Assembly: GCF_006345805.1 (NCBI RefSeq)
Contig: NW_021832143.1
Coordinates: forward strand, 1-63,059
Direction: 5' to 3'
Length of the DNA stretch: 63,059 bases
Origin: Octopus sinensis
Taxonomy: Eukaryota
A program made the position numbers and the translations under genes. Each line of letters opens with the position of its first letter. Position 1 is the stretch's first letter. Positions 52,917-63,059 of the stretch are shown here, piece after piece. The notes below the pieces were generated by a model, which did no database searches, had not been told where the DNA came from, and saw only the letters and a list, made by a program, of their open reading frames with translations.

Positions 52917-53550
52917 AGGCCATGAGATCGCAGAATGGTTAGCGCGCCTGGTGAAATACTTAGTGGCATTTCGTCTGGCCCCACGCTCTGAGTTCAAATT
53001 CCAACGAGGTCGTCTTTGCCTTTCAACATTCGGTATCGATAAATTAAGTACCCGTTATGTACTGGGTTCGTGTAACCCACCGGACCCCTCTGCACACATT
53101 TCAGGACTTGTCCCTATAGTAAAACGGATTATCAATATTATCATTGCAAGGCGTCGAGCTAGCAGAATCGTTAGCACGCCAGGCGAAATGCTTAGCGGTA
53201 TTTCGTCTGTCGTACGTTAGTTGTGAGTTCAAATTCCGCGAGGTCGACTTTGCCTTTCATCTTTCGGGGTCGATAAATTAAGTACCAGTTACGCACTGGG
53301 GTCAATGTAATCGACTTAATACCTATGTCTGTCCTTGTTTGTCCCCTCTATGTTTAGCCCCTTGTGGGTAATAAAGAAATAGGTATTTCGTCTGCGGCTA
53401 CGTTCTGAGTTCAAATTCCGCCGAGGTCGACTTTGCCTTTCATCTATTAGGGGTCGATAAGTTAAGTACCAGTTGTGTACTGGGGTCGATCTAATCGACT
53501 GGCCCCTTCTTCCAAAATTTCAGGCCTTGCGTCTATAATAGAAAGGATTA
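52917..53550 (+). mobile_element. Cluster of SINE family A: a monomer (52917-53140) followed by a dimer (53149-53550)
   Basis: Three cores; junction aaagaaata|ggtatttcgtctg at about 53381; both the first and last units end in tail2. Confidence 0.93.
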
Positions 53551-54261
53551 TTGGTAAGTCGAGCTCAGAACTCAAAATGCCTCAAATGTCACCATAAAAC
53601 CTCTGGCCTAGCACCCTAGCAATTCAACAAAGCAAATCACGCGGACTGCTATTTTATTTATCGGCCCAGAAGCAAACGAAGAATAAATTTTACCACAATA
53701 GGATTAGAACCCAAGTAGAAAATATTTGGACAAGGACAGAAAACCAGTCTAACAATACGATGACCACATTAACAATTAGACAACCCTATCAACCACATAA
53801 GGATCTATTTCAATTATTGTTTGCAATTTAAAATGTGAACGGTTTTATATTTCGTTGTTTTAAATTGTTAAATCAAAATTCGTCGTTTTGAAACGTTATA
53901 TAGGACGTGACGTTGCTGATAGAATAACCAATTTATATAAAAGCAGAAATTAGATTGTGTTACGTTAGACACATCTTGTATAATTTGGGATTGGAATTCT
54001 TTGTTAGGTAATATTACTAAAATTTATTATTTCAAACGGTGCAGTACATAACGTTATGTTTTCTGTATTATGTGCATATCTGCGTCATGTTATTTGCCTG
54101 CACATTTGCTATTATTTGCAATGTATCTCTGAATTAAACGAGTTGCGTATTGTCTTCCGATGCAACGTTCCGGTTATCTCTATTTCGAGATCTATTTGCA
54201 TCTGTTAGAAATTTATTATCGCACATTTGTTTGTCCACTCTATTTAAACTATTTACACCAA

Positions 54262-54273
54262 AAACTACTACTT

Positions 54274-54329
<56 letters not shown>

Positions 54330-54442
54330 GCTGCTGCTACCACTACTACTACCACTACCACCACCACTGCTGCTGCTGCTGGTTATTCTTGTAATTCTTC
54401 TTCTACTTCTACTTCTTCCTCTTTTTCTTCTTCTAATTGTTA

Positions 54443-54490
<48 letters not shown>

Positions 54491-54495
54491 CATTA
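54262..54495. repeat. (ACT)n/(GCT)n/(ATT)n microsatellite block
   Basis: Directly visible. Confidence 0.95.
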
Positions 54496-55293
54496 CGTTG
54501 AATTACCCCAGTATTATATACGTGTATATTCGACATTGTTACAAATTACGACGATCCAAATCCATTTCAAAAGCTGTTCTTTATTATTCGGCGAACACCA
54601 AACTTACACAATATCAACCTCCGTACACATTCTTCACAACTGATACCCCCTACCGTGTCCTTTTATCTTGCTCTCCTTTATTAAGATTATATAAATCCTG
54701 TTCAAATTCCTTTTGCGTTGTAATGCTTCGCATGTGGTCAGAGGTTCTCAGATTTTCATATATTTCCTAATCTCTTCTACTTTGTTCCATTTCATTCCAA
54801 ACTTTCCTTCACCATAGCGAATAAATACATGAATATGTAAATAAATAGTGTGATATGGATCATTTTCAAATAGCCAGAATCTTACTTTTTACCATTTATC
54901 ACAGACTTCACAACTAATTGTATGAAACCTTCTGAAAAATTCCTTTTTAAACGATTTCACTAAGATTCTTTAATCGTTTATACATCTTTAATACTGCTGC
55001 CCATTCTGTGCTTGTATCCGCTCCGCTTAGAATTTCATTATCCGGTAATTCAATGCGCTTATTTCACAATATCGTTCCGTCTTTGCATTATTAAATGCTA
55101 AGCTCCTATTTTTAAATCCCCCGTACATACACACAAACATGCATGCTTGAATGCATATATACATACACATACGCAAACACACTTACACGGAGACATGTAT
55201 ATATGTATATTGATATATGTACCTATATATATATATATACGTACATAGATACACATATTTATCATATCTATATCTCTACCTCTGTATATGTAT

Positions 55294-55361
<68 letters not shown>

Positions 55362-55381
55362 ATCTCATCTATCTATCTATA

Positions 55382-55416
<35 letters not shown>

Positions 55417-55493
55417 ATATATATATATATATATATATATCCATATATATGCTTATAAATATATATATATATGTATATATATATAATATATAT

Positions 55494-55526
<33 letters not shown>

Positions 55527-55540
55527 CCACACACACACGC

Positions 55541-55572
<32 letters not shown>

Positions 55573-56432
55573 TATATATATATACAAAATGGTACAAGAA
55601 CGCAAAACATCCAGATAGACGATATACATATATATATATGTATATATATGTGTGAGTGCGTGCTGTGCATGTGTGTGTATACATATATACATATTACATA
55701 TGTATATATTCCCATACATTTATATGCATGTCTTAAAACGTATGCATTAAAACGTGCGCTTATGTATGATGAATGCAATCATGCGATTGCTTGAAAGAGA
55801 TATACATTTCTCACTTAAAAATCTATTTGTCATCCTTTCTTTTGAATAGTTTCATTTATATGGCCCTTATAGATAAATGATATATTTAATGCTGGTTTCA
55901 GATAATAATATAACCATCTATCTCCAACCACTATTAGCCGTAATGTTAAATATATCACACGCATAAGGAAACGAAAAGAGTTTACGCATCAAACTGAAGC
56001 ATTTCCATATTGATTTCTACGTCTCTTCTATTTCGGTTTTTAACGTTTTATCAACACATTGCACCTCATAAGTAACTCTTGTGAAACCTTTGGAAACTCC
56101 ACATCTTGAAGAGATTTTATGCTATTGTTTGAATATTAAGTGTATGGATCTCAAAACTGTTCTTTCAGACTGTTAGAGTTTCGATTATGGCGCTCAATTT
56201 TACCCGATAATTAAGGAAATGTCCTTAAACTTGAGAGTGGGACTTGATTCCCGATGTTAAATATATACCATATACAAACTCACTCTTACACACACATATG
56301 TATAAATAAATGAATAAAAAAATGTATGTGTATATATATATATAGTTGAAATTTACAGAAAAACAAAAGACGAAGACAGGTGTATAAACAACAAACAGGT
56401 GTATTAGTTTAACCCTCATGAACGTGAGAAAA

Positions 56433-56470
56433 CCTTTTACGTTCCGAGCCTACGGTCTTCAGCTGAAAGG
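56433..56470 (-). ncRNA. Degenerate minimal hammerhead motif (same class as 32916-32952)
   Basis: Minus strand ccttt-CAGCUGA-a-gacc-gtag-gctc-GGAA-cg-UA-aaagg; stem I is perfect but the core is mutated. Confidence 0.4.
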
Positions 56471-56496
56471 AACACGAGGAAATAAACAGAGAGAGA

Positions 56497-56528
<32 letters not shown>

Positions 56529-56538
56529 GTGTATGTAT

Positions 56539-56690
56539 AGGACGAATGTTGCTGTAATTTCTCCTGCGGCTAAATTACAGCAACATTCGTCCTAAACCAG
56601 GACGGCCATGATATGTTGGCAAATATTTACATAAACATAAATTCGTTGTATCTTCATACTCAGGTGCGGCTGATATTTTCCAATAAATGT
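56539..56690 (+). mobile_element. Fragment of the 27.6-27.8 kb repeat with a 22-bp inverted duplication at its left end
   Basis: aggacgaatgttgctgtaattt / aaattacagcaacattcgtcct; the continuation caacattcgtcctaaaccagga..tgttggcaaa matches 27705-27745. Confidence 0.75.
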
Positions 56691-56750
56691 ACGTTTTTAC
56701 ATACACACACACACATACACACACACGTATATAGATATATATATATATAT

Positions 56751-56847
<97 letters not shown>

Positions 56848-57851
56848 CATATAGATAGATAGATAGATATTCGGGAGTTTGTAAGGTAAAACAAGGAACT
56901 TGATTAATGACGTTGCAGAACTTGCGCAAGTCCATGACTTCCTGAAATAATTACGCTTGTTGCATGTGAATCCCTTCAGCTTACCTCATTAAGTCTTGGA
57001 TTTCGTTAAATAATTACGCTTATTTAAAGCCAAGTATTCTAGCTTGTATCAGTATGATTTCCCTTTAATTAAATGATTTAAGTATTTTTCATGCCAATAT
57101 TTCTACCTTTTTCCTGTATGTCATTAAATTCCTTACATAATTAAGCATGTTTCAAGTCAACCAATCGAGCTTGAAACAACATATATTCGGTTCCCTGCTA
57201 TAATTATAACTTGTTTAAAATCAAACTGTACACCTTTTCTCCATATATAATTTTACTTTCCTTCTATAATTCATCCCGTTTTACGCCAAGCACTTCATGA
57301 GGTTTTACTGTCTTGGGTTTCGTGAAGTAATTAAGCTTCGTTAAGGAAAAGCTCTCCCTCTAACTTGGATGTATTTCTCATTTCGATACACATGTTATCT
57401 TGGTTAAGAGAAGGCACGCCATCTTGTCAGTATATCTTTGATCTCGTTACTTAATCAAAACTTTTGCATGTTCAATGCATCCAAGCTTTTGATTAGTTAT
57501 ACCTTCGGTCGCATAATGTAGTTCAGGTTCTTTACAACTTTACTAACGTACCTATATTATTAAGTTTTAGATTCCATAACTGTCTTCCATTAATTTATGG
57601 TTGTTAAATGCATAACCCTCGAACACCTATGAAGGTGTATAGCAACAAGGAAAAGAGTATTACAGAGTCTTTCATTTCACCTTCTTCAAACATTTGGATA
57701 CGGTAAATACTTTCAATAATTTAAGTAATATATAAAAAGGGTTCCTGTGGCTGATCCAAAACCATCGGAGTTCGAAACAGCATTGTTTAACATCAAGAAT
57801 TAATGATTAATCACTGAGGAATCAATCAACTTGGCGTATAAATTCCGGCAT

Positions 57852-57954
57852 TACTTAAATACAGGGTTACCGTTAGTTTTAGGGGTAGTTAGGGGTAGAG
57901 TTTGGGTTAGGGTTAGTTTTAGGGCTAGTTTTTAGGGACCCCTGTATTTAAGTA
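57852..57954. repeat. 15-bp inverted repeats enclosing degenerate TTAGGG-like repeats
   Basis: tacttaaatacaggg (57852-57866) / ccctgtatttaagta (57940-57954); interior ttaggggtagttaggggtagagtttgggttagggttagttttagggctagtttttaggg. Confidence 0.85.
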
Positions 57955-58365
57955 GTACCTAAATCCCCCCTACACACACACACTAAACGGGTGAGGAATC
58001 CCGAGATCGTTGCTAAAACTGGTGTCTTTTGTAAAACCTTAGTAAATACAACTTTTAAAATTCGGCCATGTCGAATTCGAACATTTTCATTATAAATCTC
58101 TGCGCATTTGGCTCATTTTCTTTCCAACTCCAATCTGCTATCCCCACTGCAGAACGACTGACAAGCCGTTCTTCCAAACTTCAAACGACATGAGCGCATA
58201 TACGCTGAGCCTGAATGAGAAATCGTTGCTGGTGATAACAGCTTGACAAGACAAGCAAACCTTACGTTCATAAGCTCTGAAGTCATGATTCTTCTGAAAC
58301 GGAGATTTTCTGTAAAACCAATGAAACGTTACGTGGATTGACGAAAATTATATAACTATTCTTAA

Positions 58366-58754
58366 ACTAGCAGTATCGCCCGGCGTTGCTCGGGTTTGTT
58401 TTGAACCGTTACAATTGGAATTTTTGAAAAGTAAAAATTTCGCATTATGTAGCTTGTTATTCTCTTTAAGTGAACATTTTTCTGGTTGAAATACACCGAA
58501 AAATGACGACACAGCTGTCAAAAAATCGTAAAAAATAGGGATTTTCATAGAAAAAAAGCACCTTTTTGATGTAAATAATTTCTGGTCTTAATATGGTCCG
58601 ATTTGAATTTTATCTTCTACGGAATGAAGAGCAAGCCTTCTATCATGCTCTCAATGTTGGTCAACTTGCGCCGCAAGGTCTGAGAGAAGATAGTGTTAGT
58701 TGAAGGCTACCAAACCTGCCATATACAGACAACTTCAGCTTTATATAGAGAGAT
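58366..58754 (+). mobile_element. Helentron-INE/Lep1-like non-autonomous element
   Basis: 5' actagcagtatcgcccggcgttgctcggg (subterminal hairpin), 3' cttcagctttatatagagagat; homolog at 43942-44328. Confidence 0.65.
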
Positions 58755-59319
58755 TAGGATATTTCTTGTATATTACCAATATGCAATTTTACGACCAGTT
58801 CAAATGTACGCGTGGCACGTTTGGATTACGAAGTAACTCATTACACCGTAAGTAAATTTCAAAGTAGGAGTGTTAAACAGTGTAATGATATCATCAGTTA
58901 AAATATGCTTGTGGCACATCTGGAGCGCTTAATGCTTAACGCCTGTGGCATTACTTAACGCGCCTACTTCGTAACTTACGAATAGGGTTTCAACAATTTC
59001 ATGTATAATCTTATACTTGTTTGAGCGATTAGACCGCGGGCGAGCTGACGAAATATAATCGTCACTTCAGTCTAATATTAAATTGTGTTTTTATATATAC
59101 ATGTTGACACAATAGCAAACACACTGTGTGTTTGCATAGATTGGTAATTAGATAAACCGACAGACAGACAGACGGACAGACGGACGGACAAACAGATGGA
59201 CAGACAGACAGACAGACAGACAGATAGATAGTTGGTTGGTTGGTTGGTTGTTTGGTTGGTTGGTAGTGAGGAATAGATAGAAATATTTATATGTATGTAT
59301 ATACACGTGTGTGTGCAAG

Positions 59320-60275
59320 TATTGGATGGAAGGATGGATAGGTGGATGGATGGATGGATGGCTGGGTGGATGGATGGATGGATGGGTGGATAGATGGATA
59401 GCTGGGTGGATGGATGGATGGATGCATGGATGGGCCGGTGGATGGATGGATGGATGGATGGATGGGTGGATAGATGGATGGATGGATAGGTGGATGGGTG
59501 GATAGATGGATAGCTGGGTGGATGGATGGATGGATGCATGGATGGGTCGGTGGATGGATGGATGGGTGGATAGATGGATGGCTGGGTGGATGGATGGATG
59601 GCTGCATGGATGGGTCGGTGGATAGATGGATGGCTGGATAGATGGATGGGTGGATAGATGGATGGATGGGTGGATGGATGGATGGCTGCATGGATGGGTC
59701 GGTGGATAGATGGATGGCTGGATAGATGGATGGGTGGATAGATGGATGGATGGGTGGATGGATGCATGGATGCATGGATGGCTGGGTCGGTGGATGGATG
59801 GATGGGTGGATAGATGGATGGCTGGATAGATGGATGGCTGGATAGATGGATGGATGGGTGGATGGATGCATGGATGCATGGATGGGTCGGTGGATGGATG
59901 GATGGGTGGATAGATGGATGGCTGGGTGGATGGATGGATGGCTGCATGGATGGGTCGGTGGATGGATGGATGGGTGGATAGATGGATGGGTGGATAGATG
60001 GATGGGTGGATAGATGGATGGCTGGGTGGATGAATGGATGGATGCATAGATGGGTCGGTGGATGGATGGATGGGTGGATAGATGGATGGCTGGATAGATG
60101 GATGGGTGGATAGATGGATGGCTGGGTGGATGGATGGATGGCTGCATGGAAGGGTCGGTGGATGGATGGATGGGTGGATAGATGGATGGGTGGATAAATG
60201 GATGGGTAGATGGATGGCTGGCTGGGTGGATGGATGCATGGATGGATGCATGGATGGGTGGATCGATGGATGAAA
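59320..60275. repeat. ~1 kb (GGAT)n-derived satellite with recurring variant cassettes
   Basis: Variant motifs gcatggatgggtcggt, gggtggatagat and ggctgg recur at irregular spacing. Confidence 0.95.
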
Positions 60276-60875
60276 GTGGGATGTAGGAATAGATAAGTGA
60301 TGCCTGGAATAATCATTCAACGAAATATTCACTAGAAAGTGGAAGAACTTATTTAAAGAATTAAATAATGATTTGTACACTAATACATGAAAATGAATAC
60401 ATGCATACGCATGCGCTGCACAACCACACACATATATACATAGAGATGTAAATGACAGCCCTATATACACACACACACGTTCAAACACACACTCACATAC
60501 ATGGATATAGCCGCACGCAAACGCATACACCAGGCACACATGTGATGCAATTACAAAAGGCTAAAAATCGATAAAATATCAGTAGAAATCTATAAATAAT
60601 TGAACAACTTATGCTAATATCGATGAGGAACATTCGTTAGGAAAATGCCAATAATCCATATATAATCCTTAAATAATCCACAAATGCTGTTGGGTTATAA
60701 AAGCTTCAAAGAACCGGCATTGCCGAATGGCTTGTTTCGATTAACAGGCGATATAATTATTTAAGCGTGCTGAAAGCTTGATAATACGTTACATAATTAT
60801 AGATTTCCTTTTGCAGATGGCCGAGTGGATTAATTATTATTCTGCAAGTGGAATTATTAATAGTTCCTCTACATA

Positions 60876-61327
60876 GGAGGCGTAGGAGTGGCTGTGTAGT
60901 AAGTAGCTTGTTAAACAACCACATGGTTCCGGGTTCAGTCCCACTGCGTGGCACCTTGGCATCTTGGGCAAGTGTCTTCTGCTATAGCCCCGGGCCGACC
61001 AATGCCTTGTGAGTGGATTGGTAGACGGAAACTGAAAGAAGCTGTGTATATATGATATAATATATATATCTATATATATTATATAGTGGTGTGTGTGGTG
61101 TGTGTATGTGGTGTGTTTGTGTGTGTCTGGTGTGTCCCCCTAGCATTGCTTGACAACCGATGCTGGTGTGATTACGTCCCCGTCACCTAGCGGTTCGGCA
61201 AAAGAGAACGATAGAATAAGTACTGGGCTTACAAAGAATAAGTCCCGGGGTCGATTTGATCGACTAAAGGCGGTGCTCCAGCATGGCCGCAGTCAAATGA
61301 CTGAAACAAGTAAAAGAGTAAAAGAGT
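60876..61327 (+). mobile_element. CORE-like SINE family B, full length
   Basis: Head gagtggctgtgtagtaagtagcttg..ccgggttcagtcccactg; CORE-like cttgggcaagtgtcttctgctatagcc; internal microsatellite; tail gactgaaacaagtaaaagagtaaaagag. Confidence 0.92.
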
Positions 61328-61486
61328 ATATGCATACACCCACAGTTTTATCGGATGTAAATAGATATCGTGGTTCACTTTCTAGGTTGTTGTCGTTACA
61401 TTGGGCTTTGTTTAATTTCTGAACTTGTTTCTGTCATCTTCGTTGATACCGGAGTATTTAGAGATAATAATAGTTACCTCGTACAG

Positions 61487-61540
61487 TGATTATGAGACAA
61501 ATGATTGAAGAAGCTGAACGCATCCAGCAGATGGCGATGG
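61487..61540 (+). CDS. Candidate 54-nt phase-1/1 exon (VIMRQMIEEAERIQQMAM)
   Basis: Acceptor cctcgtacag|, donor ATGG|gtgaag; helical-looking peptide. Weak pyrimidine tract and no homology recognised. Confidence 0.25.
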
Positions 61541-61565
61541 GTGAAGAAATATTCTCTGCTCAGCT

Positions 61566-61975
61566 TACTCTTTTACTCTTTTACTTGTTTCAGTCATTTG
61601 ACTGCGGCCATGCTGGAGCACCGCATTTAATCGAGCAAATCGACCCCGGGACTTATTCTTTTGTAAACACAGTACTTATTCTATCGGTCTCTTTTGCCGA
61701 ACCGCTAAGAGACGGGGACATAAACACACCAGCATCGGTTGTCAAGCAATGCTAGGGAACAAACACAGACACACAAACACACACACGCATATATATATAT
61801 ATACATATATACGACGGGCTTCTTTCAGTTTCCGTCTACCAAATCCACTCACAAGACTTTGGTTGGCCCGAGGCTATAGTAGAAGACACTTGCCCAAAAT
61901 GCCACGCAGTGGGACTAAGCCCGGAACCATGTGGTTGGTAGACAAGCTACTTACCACACAGTCACTCCTGCCCCT
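61566..61975 (-). mobile_element. CORE-like SINE family B, full length, inverted relative to 60876-61327
   Basis: Reverse complement of the preceding copy from head to tail. Confidence 0.92.
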
Positions 61976-62239
61976 TTCATAATATATGCAAGATTGTGTT
62001 CGCTGTTTATAATTGAATAGAAATTTAGTTGTGAAGCTATTTTGTCACCTTGTTTGTTATCTGTAGTATTTGAAAACCGGAATGTATTGAGTGCTTTGAA
62101 ATATTTTTCCTGTCATAGTATCTGCAAATGTCATACAGGGTTTTCCATTGAGATATGTAATCTGATGAGATATTTATTGGCCCTTGTAGTACTGTATGTA
62201 TGTATGTATGTGTCATTGTTCTGCTTTATTTCAAGATTT

Positions 62240-62540
62240 CTTACCAATTTATCAGGGTCGATAAATTAATCACCAGTTACGCACTGGGGGTTGATGTAAT
62301 CGACTTAATCCGTGTGTCTGTCCTTGTTTGTCCGCTCTGTGTTTAGCCTCTTTTGGTTAGTAAAGAAATAGGTATTTCGTCTGTTTTTTACGCTCTGAGT
62401 TCAAATTCCGCCGAGGTCAACTTTGCCTTTCATCCTTTTGGGGTCGATTAAATAGGTACCAGTTATGCACTGGTGTGGATCTAATCGACTGGCCCCTTCC
62501 CCCAAAATTTCGGGTCTTGTGCCTAGAGTAGAATAGAATA
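62240..62540 (+). mobile_element. SINE family A 5'-truncated dimer (core+tail1+core+tail2)
   Basis: Junction agtaaagaaata|ggtatttcgtctg at about 62370; tail2 ggtcttgtgcctagagtagaatagaatag. Confidence 0.92.
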
Positions 62541-63059
62541 GAGGCATTAGAAAAGAAAAATAAAACGTTTTCAGCAGGGAAATACATTTAGAAACGTTAA
62601 ACAATAAACGGTATATACACCTTCGTGATTCTACGAGCCTTGTTGTTGTGTGTGCATGCGTCTGTGTGTATGTGTGTGTTTGTTTGTGTTCTTGTGTGTT
62701 TGTTTGTAAGCATGTAAAGGCCTGGGTGACTCTGTGTTGGCGTATGTGTGTATGTGTGTGTGTGTGTGTTGATACACTTCAAATTGCTGCGATAAATTTA
62801 TTTTCAAATTCTTTATAACGGGTAGGATGCCAACTCCGGTTTATTTTACAAATGATATTTTAATAACTATCTGCTGTGTGTACGGTAATGTGTTTGTTAC
62901 GAGGCTTCCCCTGTTGCGCTTGTAATTATCATTACTTATGTGTGTAACCAGTGGCATGTGGTGTTCTGTTATATTTAACTAAAGTGTCATGGCAGTATTT
63001 TTTAACAGTTTAATTTTTTGTTTTTGTTCCTGTTAATATCGACTGCTACAAAGTTCAGA

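Noticed and set aside
57050-57700. Possible highly decayed LINE RT on the minus strand
   Set aside because: Only vague motif echoes; needs a profile search.
59078-60539. Long ORFs (412, 463 and 286 aa) rich in HPSI/YPPI
   Set aside because: They are translations of the (ATCC)n satellite, which lacks stops in these frames.

Overview
AT-rich, microsatellite-saturated animal DNA with no confidently identifiable host gene. The tRNA-derived SINE families and the repeat landscape point to an octopod cephalopod (Octopus-like); this is an inference from recalled repeat sequences. Nearly all ORFs in the supplied track are translations of (TA)n, (CA)n, (GATA)n, (GGAT)n or triplet microsatellites. The real content is transposable-element debris: >15 SINE copies from at least 4 families, six Tc1/mariner relics, two pogo/Tigger-like elements, two Helentron-INE-like elements, the 3' end of an R4/Dong-clade LINE inside a (TAA)n tract, and a decayed Penelope-like (PLE) reverse transcriptase. 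The main hidden signal is a set of eight minimal type-I hammerhead ribozyme (HHR)-like motifs of the PLE pseudo-LTR/retrozyme kind (CUGANGA...GAAA-palindromic stem III-UH). These include a 158-bp-arm near-perfect palindrome with one HHR on each strand (50178-50495), a related fold-back element (35971-36321), and a 310-nt HHR unit bounded by a 22-nt direct repeat (27483-27814). All pairings were worked out by eye and no activity is shown.
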